A stretch of DNA of 64,000 bases from Lama guanicoe (lineage: Eukaryota), in NCBI GenBank assembly GCA_013239625.1, contig MU054466.1, positions 310,001 through 374,000 of the forward strand, written 5' to 3'. How positions within the stretch are numbered: position 1 is the stretch's first letter; the number at the start of each line of letters is the position of its first letter. This document shows, piece by piece, positions 14,886 to 26,299 of the stretch. The notes beneath the pieces are model-generated. The model had not been told where the DNA came from. It searched no databases and saw nothing but the letters and a program-made list of their open reading frames with translations. The position numbers were made by a program, and so were the translations under genes.

Positions 14886-15251
14886 TGACTCGCCAGGAAC
14901 AGCCAAGCTCTGGGGCGCACTGGGGTTATTTTTAAAGCTCCCGGCTTCCTTCTAGGCTGGCCCCTCCCGCATCCTTCTAATCTCTCTCCTGGCCCCTCTT
15001 CTTGCTTCTGCCTCCTTAACAGTCGTCCAGTTCCCCTTCCCCCATCAGACCCTCCTGGCCTCCCACCTGGTTCCCTAGGGGCAGGGTGGACAGGGAGCAG
15101 CCCAGCTCGGGAGAGGCCTGAGGCCAGGTATCTGGGGGTGTGAGAGGGCTCAAGGGCTGTGTGTGGACTGGGGCAGGGCAGGGGGCAGCCTCCAGGGTCC
15201 TGACCTCTGCTCCCTATCTCGCAGAGTGCCTGTTTGCTGTGCCCCCAGGTT

Positions 15252-15837
15252 ATGACGACCCCCAATAAAGGAAACAAGGCCTTGAAGGTGAGCAGACAGG
15301 GTGGGCACTGTCTTGGGGCTGGGGCGGCATCTGGGCGGGTGGCCCCTACTTGGCCCGTGACCTCGTGCCCTGTGCTCTCCGCAGGTGAAGCGGNNNNNNN
15401 NNNNNNNNNNNNNNNNNNNNNNNNNNNNNNNNNNNNNNNNNNNNNNNNNNNNNNNNNNNNNNNNNNNNNNNNNNNNNNNNNNNNNNNNNNNNNNNNNNNN
15501 NNNNNNNNNNNNNNNNNNNNNNNNNNNNNNNNNNNNNNNNNNNNNNNNNNNNNNNNNNNNNNNNNNNNNNNNNNNNNNNNNGCTGGAAAAGCAGAAGGCG
15601 GAGCTGCAGCAGGAGGTGGAGAAGCTGGCCTCGGAAAACGCCAGCATGAAGCTGGAGCTCGACGCCCTGCGCTCCAAGTACGAGGCCCTGCAGAACTTCG
15701 CCAGGACCGTGGCCCGAAGCCCCGTGGCGCCAGCTCGAGGCCCCCTGGCTGCCGGCTTGGGGCCCCTCGTCCCCGGCAAGGTGGCCGCCACCAGCGTCAT
15801 CACGATAGTCAAGTCCAAGACGGACGCCCGGTCGTAG
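15252..15837 (+). CDS. MAFG: Small MAF bZIP transcription factor G (162 aa)
   Basis: join(15252-15287,15385-15837). [12 protein letters not shown]|VKR[gap][47 protein letters not shown]...KSKTDARS*. 489 nt including the gap. Exon 2 acceptor AG at 15223-15224. Confidence 0.96.
15394..15581. other. N gap (188 nt) inside the MAFG CDS (extended homology and basic region)
   Basis: Run of n. Reading frame is preserved across it. Confidence 0.99.
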
Positions 15838-16854
15838 GGACGCGCGCTGGCCCAGGCGGGTTTGCAAGGGGCCACTTGGCACGTGGTGAATCGGCAGCCC
15901 TGTCCCCTTCCTCCCCCTTCCTGTCCTCCTCTTCGCTCCCCTCCTCCTCCCTCCTCCCTCCCCTGCAAAGCACAACCTGTACCCCAGGGGCGCCGGGCTG
16001 AGCCCCTTGACCTCGTCGTTGTCATCGTGTGTTTTGTACGTTGGGATTGGTCGGTTCGGTGGTGACGTGCGGTCGCCCCAGCCTCCTTGGTACCAAGGGC
16101 AGGTGGGCTTGGCATCCAGAATTGGCCCTGTGGGAAGGCATGGAGGGAAGAGTTGAGCAGGTGCTCTGGGACATGTGTGTCCCTGAGCGGGGAGGGCTTC
16201 AGGGCAAGAGAGGCCCCCAGGCTAGCCAGAGGCCGGGTGCTTCACCCTCAGCTCGGCTGGCGGGCAGAGGTGGGCACTGCTCAAAAGAGTAGGGTGTCCC
16301 CGAGGGCCCTGGATGGGCAGGCCACCTGTCTGGCGCTGGGGCGGTGGGGCGTCGTGTGGCTGTGAGCCAGGGGCCTTGGCGCTCGTGCCTGACGCGTCGC
16401 ACTGAATAAGACCAAATCACTGGTTGTGAGCGTAGTGAAGGGTGTGTCCAGTGTCCTGCGATGGGTCCCGTGTCACTGTTTACATGACCTATTTGTGTGG
16501 TTACATAGCCCTTTATTTAAAAGAGAGAAGTTCCTTTTACGAAGTTATTAAATTATATGTTTAAAAGTTAAAGGAAAAAAAAGCTGCAGAGTATTTATAA
16601 AACTGTCTTTTTAAAAAAAGAAAAAAAGCAACAACATTTGACCACAAAAACAGAAAAGGGAAGAAAGTATAATAGAAATTTTGCTAGTTTAAAAAAAGAA
16701 AAAATCCTTTTCTTGTAAACTTGCAGACAAGTCTTTGTGGCTGTTGGAGTTTAGTTTTTATATACACAGAGTTATCAGATGTTATTTATAAAACTTAGTT
16801 TAAAAAAAAAGACAAAAAAAAAAGCCGAGCCGCGAGCGACCAAGGCGCGTCCTC

Positions 16855-17033
16855 NNNNNNNNNNNNNNNNNNNNNNNNNNNNNNNNNNNNNNNNNNNNNN
16901 NNNNNNNNNNNNNNNNNNNNNNNNNNNNNNNNNNNNNNNNNNNNNNNNNNNNNNNNNNNNNNNNNNNNNNNNNNNNNNNNNNNNNNNNNNNNNNNNNNNN
17001 NNNNNNNNNNNNNNNNNNNNNNNNNNNNNNNNN
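16855..17033. other. N gap (179 nt) in the MAFG 3'UTR
   Basis: Run of n. Confidence 0.99.
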
Positions 17034-20000
17034 TTTGTGTTCCGCATCTGGTTGTGGTTTTGATTCTGCCGGCTTGTCAGGCCCAGGCTGGGGGGCCAGG
17101 CCGCGCTCAATCCAACAGAGCTTGGGGGTCTGGGCTTGCCAGCCTGGCTTCTTCTGCCCCAGGGGTCAGATGTGGGGCACCCCCACCTCCACCTGCTGAC
17201 CCTTGGCCTTGCATGTGGGTCTCAGGCTCAGGCTGATCCAGCAGCAGGGTTTGTGAAATGGGGGCCATCCCCGGGACCCCCGGCACTACTTCCTTGCCCA
17301 CCACCTCTGGTCCTGGTGGGAGTTTTGCAAGGACCCAGGAGTCCCTGTTTGTACCCACAGGGCCAGAGCCAAGCTGCCCCCGGCTGTCTTCCTCCTGGCC
17401 TCCAGTCAACGAGTTCAGGCTCCAGCCACCGACCCAGGGTTTGTCCCTGTGGGTCTCACGTGGGCTTCGGCAGGGGAACCCCAGGAGCCCACTGCCCACT
17501 CGTCCCAGAACTATTTCCATGCTGCAGGGCAGTGCTTCCCAGGCAGAACCAGGTGGTTTCGGGGCCTACCTGGGCAGCCCCTTCTCCTTGCCTGGGGACC
17601 TGGGGGTCTCCGCCAGTGCCAGACAAGGGCTACGGTCTCCAGGGACAGGCCCTGTCCCTCGTCTCCCCCAAACATGCTGGCAGCTCTCAGCTTTGGGCCT
17701 CCTTCCACCTCCCTGTGGGGTCTGTGTCTTCCAGGGGCCCACCGCCTGGCTGGCGGAGGTGCTTCTCCGGGGCTGAGTCAACTCCCCCTCCTGGCCGCTT
17801 AGGGGAGGCAACCAGTCTTCCAGACTTGGCTTGGGCAGCTGCTTGTAGGCACATGAAGAGGCGACTCCCCTGACTCTGGCCACGTGGGCCTTGGCCACTC
17901 CTTGGGGTCACTAATTGGGGACCCTGAACCCCTGAAAAAGTACAGAAGTGGGCTGATGAAGAGAAGAACCATGTGGCCTGGTGAGGTTTGACATTGTGGG
18001 CAGCAAGATCTTCACCCCAGAGTCTGACCCAGTGTACCCAGGTCAGGGGTAGGAGGAGGGACACGCTGTCAGCTGCTGTCGCCTTGATGGGCTGCTCTTG
18101 GCACTAGATGCTCAGAGACTCCTGGCTGTACCCTGGTGACGTCCAGTGGAGATTTTGACAGTGGACTCTGAATCACTGAGTGGCTTCCTTCGCCTCCTGC
18201 AGTCTGGCTTTGTCTCCCGGGGCCTGGATGAGAGTGGTTGATGTTGGTTGTCGCAGCGAGTTGGAATCCCATCCTAGGAATCCGTAAAGAGGTCATGGCC
18301 TGTCCTGGACTGGGGAGGGACGGGCTCCCCATGTCTGAGTATGCTCCCCACTTTTTTCCTGGCTGAGAGGAGGTGGTTCATCTCTGTGCACCCCTGCCAG
18401 GCTGTAGACCTGGAGAGAGGAGGGTGGGCATGTGCTGAACAGAAACTGCAGGTCCTTGGTTTGGTTTACAGATGCTTCTGGAGTTAGGCTGTGTTTCCTT
18501 TGGAGGTTTTTGCATTTGGAGCAGTTATTCCTTGGGTCTGGTGAGCATCCTGCTCCCATCAACCAGCCTCGCAGGGCCGCTCAGCCCCCTCTCCCCTTTA
18601 CCTTGGTTCTTGACCTTGATCCTGTGTCCACATGTGAATGGTTGGCGTCTTTCTGATTCTCGTTGATTCATTTTTCCCAGTGTGAACGTGTTGTGTTCTC
18701 TCTCAACTTTTCTGACACGGCGAACTGAGGGCTTTGGCTGAGGCCAAGTCTTGCAAACTTGTTCGCTAAGTATAACGCTCACCGTTCTACACACCTTGCC
18801 CTTGCCTGACTCCACCCTTATCTGGACGTGGACACAGATTTCAGAGCAGAACCCTTTGGGAACAGGTCAGCCCCTGCCCAGAGTGTGGCTCCAGGGAGCC
18901 CTCTCCGTGGCCCCTGGCCCCTGCTCTGGGTGGCGCTGTTTGTGCAGGTGAGATGCTACGGCTGCTGTGTGGGGTGTTGGCTTCTGCTGAGTGCTAGACC
19001 TCCTGGTCCATGCTTTAGGTCTGTGCACAACCCTGGCTGTCAGCCGCAGCCTCGATGGTCAGTGCCTGGGCCCAGGGCTCTGATCAGCTGCAGCCTGCTT
19101 TGGGACAAGCTCCATCCCATTTCACCTGCCTCCCTCTCTGGGGTGGCGGAGTGGCCGGTTGGCCACAGTTCCAGTCCACAGCTGGGAAGCCTCAGCCTGC
19201 AGCACAGTTTCCGCTGTAGGATCTTGTAAGTTACTTTTTTAGGCTGTGGTTTGGTGAAAGGAACCAACACATTAACGATTTTTTCCCCCAGAAGCCACTG
19301 AATAATTCTTTTTGGCGCGTTTTCACCTTCCTGTTGGCTGTCTGGTTTTGGAGCAGATGGGAAGAGCGGAGGACACCCAGAGGCAGGGGTGTGCCCTTGA
19401 GACTAATGGCCTGTCCTGCTCTGGCCTGTGTGTCCTGAGAGTGTGCTGTACTTGTTGGGCCAGTTGCACCCATTCCTTCCCCACCCTGGAGCAGCAGCCT
19501 TGGTACGTGGGTGTCCCTTGAGTCTGAGCTGGAGTGTCGGAGAGCAGGTTCCCGATGACCTGTTAAGGGGGACCCCTCCAATAACCTCATGTCCCAGCCC
19601 CACCCTTCTCCCCATCCCCTCAGTCCGCTAGTCCCTGAAGCCTTTAACCAAACAGGAGTGGGTACAGAAAGCCTTCTCCTGGCATCTGAGGGCGGCAGGA
19701 CAAAGGCTGTGCAGTGTCCCGTCCTGCTGCCCTCCCAGCACTGAGAGGGTGGGCCAAGCGGAGTTGATCAGACCCTTCCTGCCCTGCCTAGGACTGAAGA
19801 CAGGAGGTGGCGGGGTACCTGCGATCTGCCAGGGCAGGTGGGGTTGTTGAAGGTCCAGGTGGGGAGGGGCCTCAGCTGGGGCACCTGGGCTGACCTGGGG
19901 TGGTGGTGGCCTCGCGCCCTCCCTGCCCTGTGCAGTATTTATTGCTAAATTATTGTCCAGGAGGGGCGGCACTGGACCGGGCCCCGGGTATTTATTGCTG

Positions 20001-20052
20001 TACATAGTGTATGTTTGTGATATATAAGGTTTTCTTTATTTTGTATATGATC

Positions 20053-20058
20053 AATAAA
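20053..20058 (+). terminator. MAFG: MAFG distal poly(A) signal (3'UTR ~4.2 kb)
   Basis: AATAAA preceded by a UGUA/U-rich block (TGTACATA 19999, TATTTATT twice). Confidence 0.75.
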
Positions 20059-20089
20059 AACCTTTTAAAGAGACTGGCAGGTGCTTCCT

Positions 20090-20190
20090 TGGGGCGGCGC
20101 GCGGGCGGGGCGGGGCGGGGCCTTGCGCGCATGCGTCGGCGCGCCGCCTGCCGGGAGGCGGAAGCGGAAGCTTGGGTCTCCCCGGGAGCC
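20090..20190 (+). promoter_or_regulatory. SIRT7: Compact SIRT7 promoter/5'UTR
   Basis: Tandem GGGCGG boxes, NRF1-like GCGCATGCG 20127-20135 and tandem ETS/GABP GCGGAAGCGGAAG 20158-20170. Confidence 0.7.
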
Positions 20191-23100
20191 ATGGCCGCCG
20201 GGGGTCTGAGCCGGTCGGAGCGTAAGGCTGCGGAGCGGGTCCGGAGGTTGCGGGAGGAGCAGCAGCGGGAGCGCCTCCGCCAGGTACGCCGCCGCCGCCC
20301 GCCCCGCGCCGCGTCCCCGGCCCGCGCCGCCCTCACCGCCCGCCCCGCGCCCGCAGGTGTCGCGCATCCTGAGGAAGGCGGTGGCCGAGCGCAGCGCCGA
20401 GGAGGGCCGGCTCCTGGCTGAGAGCGAGGACCTGGTGACCGAGCTGCAGGGCCGGAGCAGGCGGCGCGAGGGCCTGAAGCGGCGGCAAGAGGAGGCGAGT
20501 CCGGGCGCGGGCGGGCAGGGGCGCGGCGGCGCGGGGCGGGGGCGGCTGACGGCCGGCCTCGGCGTCTCGGCAGGTGTGCGACGACCCAGAGGAGCTGCGT
20601 AGGAAAGTCCGGGAGCTGGCCGGCGCCGTCCGCAACGCCAAGTACCTGGTCGTCTACACGGGTGCGGGGATCAGCACGGTAGGGAGGCGAGGCGGGGATC
20701 GCCGCACCCCAGGTCGGATCCCAGGTCCCGGGGAATCCGGGACTGCCGGGACGCGGGCTGGCGGGGGCGCCCCCTCCTGGCTGTCTAGGACCGAGCACGG
20801 TACTCTGTTGAGCAACACTAAAATGCGCAAAGAACTCACCTTAAAAGTACCTCGGAGGTTCTTTCTTTTCATACAGAAACTCGGTGTGACTCAATTTAGG
20901 ACTTCACTGAGTAAATAAACGTTCTTAAGCGCTCTAACTCTGTAATACCCACTTAGAGGCCCAGGGAAAGGAAGAGGGATGAAAACGGAAGGCAATAGTT
21001 TAGTGCTTACAGTCTCCTCCTGATTTAAAGTTAAGGACACAACGTTGTAAACCGACTATAACTCAATTTAAAAAAAAATAAATAAAGTTAAGGAGGTTAA
21101 TTCAGTGTCTCAAGGCTGTGTGGGCAGAGCTAAGCCCCAAACTCTGATTCTCCATTCATTGAGTGTTCTGAATATTGAGGAAAGGGAAGTAGAAAACAAG
21201 GCAGTATGAACTGGAGGGCACCAGGTAAGGAGCAGGCATGATTTCGGTTGGAGAAGCTTTATGGAGAAGCTACCTGGGCCGTGGACGATGACATGGCTTT
21301 GATGGCCTGGATAGCACGTTGTTTGCCTGATGGCTGGGTGTGAGTTGAGTGTGACCTACGTGCAGGCCCAGCAGAGGCAGAGAGTGAGGATTTCCGTCCC
21401 AAGAGAAGCCTGTAGGCGACGGTAAGAAGCCATGTAAGCAAACAGCTGTACTGGGAAGTTGGCAGTGGTAGGTCATTAGAATAGAAACACAAATACACTC
21501 TGTGGTCTCACAGAGCTGGGAAACCCATCTGGCTGGTGTTTTTGTGGGATGTAGCACTGAATCTGGGCCTTGAAGGACGAGTAAGGTTTTACAGGCACTT
21601 ACGAAGTAAGACACTCGAAATAGGGATGACTGAAGAGGCCCAGTAGCAAGAACGTGTAAGGTATGTTTATTGCTTTAACTTACAGGCACATGTGCATTCC
21701 CATCATGAAATTGTATAAAAGCAGTAATAATGCCTTTCAAAGAACTGTAAGTGGTTATTAAAACCACATGCTGCTCGTTACTTTGCTCTGAGTGTTACTG
21801 TTTGAGGTTCCCCTTTTCGATGTGAGTCAGAACCACTGTTCAGGGTGGGCATTTTTCTGAGTTTAAGCAGCAGGTGAGAGCTCCCCAGAAGGGAGGTTGT
21901 GCACAACTTCGGGAACACAAGACAACTTGATCCTGGCACCTTTTTGTTTTCTTCTCTCGGGGTGGCTTGGTTTCCCTGGATTGGGTACTTGGGAAATTCA
22001 GTAATGTTTACTCATCTGAAAAGGATGGCCTATCTTTACGAGGACAGGAGCCACTCACAGCATCAGGATGTAAAAACTTGGAGGGAGGAGTGCCTGTGGG
22101 CTCACTGTTTGCTAGCCCCTGAGCGCCGGCTGGGCCCTGGGGACACACAGATGAGCCCGACAAGTCCTCCCCCTCAGTGTAGAGGACAGATGTGGCCACA
22201 GAGCCCAGGTTGAACTCCATTCTAGAAAGGCTCCCACGGCGGGCGGGGTCCGGGCAGAGAGAAGGAGCCCCAGGGGTACACTCCATGTGGGTTGAATTGA
22301 GGCCGGTCTGTGGGCCAGGCTTGAACGTGCTGGGAGAAAGTCTTGGGAATTCTGCCAGTACCTACTGTGATGCCTTTTCACTGCGCTTCTCTCTCTGATC
22401 ACGCAGGCAGCCTCCATCCCAGATTACCGGGGCCCTAATGGCGTATGGACACTGCTTCAGAAAGGAAGAAGTGTTAGGTAAGCAGCCTGGCCCAGCCTCC
22501 CCATCTAGCTGAGCAGGAGCGGCACAGACCTGACCTCCGGCTCCCCTCACCTTGGCTTCCTTTCCACCCGGCAGTGCTGGCGACCTCAGTGAGGCTGAGC
22601 CAACTCTCACCCACATGAGCATCGCCCGCCTACATGAGCAGAAGCTGGTAAGAGCGCAGGGTGGCTAGCTGCTGTCAGTTCCCTTTCTGTATCGTCTTGG
22701 GTACCAGAATCTGAGGATGCTCCAGGCTCTTGTCTGAGATGGCATAGTGTTTGCATATAACCTGCTCACATTCTTTAAATCATTTCTAGGTCACTCTTGA
22801 TACCTAATGAACACAGTGTAAATGCTGCATAAACCGCTGTCCGTACAACGTAAAGGCTGTGCAGATGGCTGCCAGCGTGTGGCAAATCAGTTTTGCTTTT
22901 TGGAACTCTCTGGATTTTCCCCCCAGAATATTTTTGATTCTTTGTTGGTTGAATCCAAGGGTGTGGAACCTCCAGATACCAAGGTCCAGTTGTACTCAGT
23001 GGGTCCATGGTGCCGACTCATGGCGCCCCCTTGGTGCCCAGGTGACCCCTGCATCCTACCTCTGTCGGCCAGTGGAGCCTGTGATGAATACCCAGAGTAG

Positions 23101-25772
23101 TTTAGACTCCTGGTTTGAGCCTCCTCCTCATCCTCCCATGCTTCCTCTCCAAGAGAAGTGGCAGCCTCTCTGCAGCATCATCACGGATAGGGCCCCCCCA
23201 CCCTATCCACATTGTTCCCACAGACCTCAGGAGCCCCCTAGGTACAGGGGAGGCAAGGAGGAAACCTCTGGAGACCCTCTGCTAAGCACCTCCTGTGGGG
23301 AAGGGGTCGATCCTCCTGGGCCTTTAAGGACCTGAAACATAAACCCCTTCCCAGCCGAGGGGTGGCCATGCAGACACTTGCCCTCCCAGGGCTCCAGGTG
23401 TCTGAGTTGTTGGCACCTCCTGAGTCCTGCTGGGCCAGCCTTCTGCTCTGGGTTTGCCTTCAATGGTTTGCACAGGGTTGGAGTTGCCCCAGGTGTGGGG
23501 GTGGTGGGTCTGGCTGAGCCCAGTGTGGCTTCCCTCCACAGTGCTGCTTTCCCCCCAACTCCTGCTGACTTCCTCCCGCCCCACTTCCCTTCCAGGTGCA
23601 GCACGTGGTGTCACAGAACTGCGACGGGCTCCACCTGCGGAGCGGGCTGCCGCGCTCGGCAATGTCGGAGCTCCACGGGAACATGTACATTGAAGTGAGC
23701 GGTCCCGCGGGGGCTCAGGGACCCGGGCAGGCCAGCGGCTCCCGCTCACCCGCCCTCCTCTCCTCAGGTCTGCACGGCCTGCACACCCAACAGGGAGTAC
23801 GTGCGGGTGTTTGATGTGACGGAGCGCACCGCCTTGCACCGCCACCAGACAGGCCGAACCTGCCACAAGTGCGGGGCCCAGCTCCGTGACACCATCGTGC
23901 ACTTTGGGGAGAGGGGGACGCTGGGGCAGCCTCTGAACTGGGAGGCAGCCACCCAGGCTGCCAGCAAAGCAGACACAATCCTGTGTTTAGGCTCCAGCTT
24001 AAAGGTACATGTGGGATGGGGTGAGCCTGCCCACAGCTGGCCAGCTCAGCCTTAGACACCAGCTTCCTATAGCCTTGTTCCCTGGTGTCTGTGTGGTCTG
24101 TCTGTCTATCCATTCCCCAGGTTCTAAAGAAGTATCCCCACCTCTGGTGCATGACCAAGCCCCCCAGCCGGCGGCCCAAGCTCTACATCGTGAACTTGCA
24201 GGTAACTCGGGTGCTCAGAGCTGCCTCCTTAGACCTGGGCCTTAGAACAGGAGAGCCTGACGTTCCTGGGACGTTTATGTCCCACACTCAGGCGCCACGG
24301 AGGTCTGCTGAGCAGAGGCTGTGAGGTTCTGTCCTCACTCGCCTTCTGTCCCCAGTGGACCCCGAAGGATGACTGGGCTGCCCTGAAGCTGCACGGAAAG
24401 TGTGATGACGTCATGCGGCTCCTCATGGACGAGCTCGGTCTGGACATCCCCCACTACAGCAGGTGAGGGCGTGGGCGCACCCCTCCCGCCCCAGGCGCTT
24501 GGGCCATGTCTGTCATCCTTTGTGAGCTGAGCGTCGAGAAAGCTCTGGGTTGTCGCAGATGGCGTCTGAGGCGTGACTGCAGCATGGTGGCCTCAGCAGG
24601 GACTGGCCCAGTATTGGCCTAGGTGCCCTAGTTGGTGTGTCTCCCTGTTGGGAGAGGGAATCTGCCAGCGTGTGCCGGGATGTCCCCCTTCACCCCAGAC
24701 AGCTGGGGTGGGAAGGTGCCTTGAAGAGACGTGCTCTCGGCAACTCAGTTCAAGCAGGACTTGGTGCTCTTGGTGTGGGAGCTGGTGTACTTTGGGGAAG
24801 CTTAAACTGTGCCTTAATGCAGAATGTGTGATAATTTAGACGTGGTGTGTGTATTGAGTAAAAAGTTTACACTTTCTTTCTCTGTGAATTTTCAGGGTCT
24901 TATAGGGGAAATCAATAACTTCTTTTAATCAAAGGGTTCAAGAATTAAGGATCCCTTCACCTTCTGGGCCTGGCAATTCTTGTATGTTATGTTTGTGGTG
25001 TTCTGTAATGTGGGCCTATTGTGTACTGTACCTTTTTCTTTTTCATTTTACATTAACTTAGCTCATTTTTTTTTTTGATCAGTGCTTACCTGTATCTTAA
25101 GTTTATAATATGTGGTTCTACATCTCAGTCAGACACATGACCTCTTCATGGCGTAGTGCCGAGGCCGCACCTCCCTAGTCAGCTTCCCTCCCATCAAGTC
25201 TTGCAGTCTGGGAACGGGGAGAGGGTCTGGTCCACTTGCCCCTGGCCGTACAAGTGAAAGGTGGGGCCCAGAGCTGGCTAGTGACTCCTCCCTCCTGGGG
25301 CTACTGCCACCCCACCCTGTGTGGACACAGCCCCTTCAGTCACCAGCGAGGACACCGAGTTCTGCAGAGGCTGAGCTAGTCTGGGTGCTGGCCTTTGAGT
25401 CACTCAGGGAGCTTACCCCTCGTGGATGATCCGGAAGTGCCACTGAGCAAAGCCTGGCCATGGTTAAGATGTGGGAGGGAAGCAGGGTGACCTCAGTCAG
25501 CTTTCCCGTCCTGGGGCGGGTGTGGTTGTGAGGGGCTCCCAGGCACACCTGACCCAGCCTTCCATTTCTGTAGGTGGCAGGACCCCATCTTCTCCCTGGC
25601 AACTCCCCTGCGTGCAGGTGAGGAAGGCAGCCACAGTCGCAAGTTGCTGTGCAGAAGCCGAGAGGAGCCTGGAGCCTGTGACCGGGGCACCCCTCCGAGC
25701 TCCGCCCCTGTCCTGGGCGGCTGGTTTGGCAGGGGCTGCACCAAGCGCACAAAAAGGAAGAAAGCAACGTAA
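20191..25772 (+). CDS. SIRT7: NAD-dependent protein deacylase sirtuin-7 (400 aa, 10 exons)
   Basis: join(20191-20283,20357-20494,20574-20678,22407-22477,22575-22647,23596-23694,23768-24004,24121-24201,24356-24462,25574-25772) = 1203 nt. Motifs [28 protein letters not shown], CxxC...CxxC and GSSL. Intron 2 is GC-AG. Confidence 0.97.
22676..22994. mobile_element. MER2-like (Tigger/TcMar) non-autonomous DNA transposon in SIRT7 intron 5
   Basis: Contains MER2-type strings GATGGCATAGTGTTTGCATATAACC and GTTGGTTGAATCC...GGAACC, with CAGT...CAGTTG+TA ends. Family assigned from recall. Confidence 0.7.
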
Positions 25773-26227
25773 TCTGGTGCTTGACCGGGAACAATGATGG
25801 CACTTTGCAAATGGCCGGAACTTACTCAGGGGCACGTGGCACGGTGAAGGCTAGGACTGCACCTGAGATTTCTCGGGGTGACATTTTCACCCTGACACGT
25901 GTAGCCAGCCGTCTGTCCTTGTGGGAAGCCCCCTTGCACTGCTGCGGTTGCCCCCGCATGGGCCTGAGGGTGGAGGACACCTCACCCGTGCAGCCTCTTC
26001 ATGAAGAGGTGGCAGCCATGCTCTCAGTGAGAACAGAACTCGGGTTATTTCACACCTGGTTGGCCAAGGGGAAGCGCACGCTGCCTTACCTCGTTCACCA
26101 GGCTAGTCTCAGGGGCCTCAACCCTATTTCTACTACTTCTTAACTTTATAGAAGCCTTTTTCCGTATTGAATATGCTGCAAAGGAGTGGTTTTGAGCCTT
26201 GGCTCTCAAGCAGACGTTTTTATTATT

Positions 26228-26233
26228 ATTAAA
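26228..26233 (+). terminator. SIRT7: SIRT7 poly(A) signal (ATTAAA variant)
   Basis: ATTAAA in a U-rich context ~460 nt after the stop and just before the next CpG island. Confidence 0.7.
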
Positions 26234-26299
26234 CATCTCTGCACTGTCTTCCCTGCGTCACCGAGTGACTGCCTTGCGGAAGCCCAGCGAGATTCCTGG

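Noticed and set aside
15264-15269. AATAAA in MAFG exon 2
   Set aside because: It encodes Asn-Lys within the CDS, next to a strong donor. No downstream element supports cleavage.
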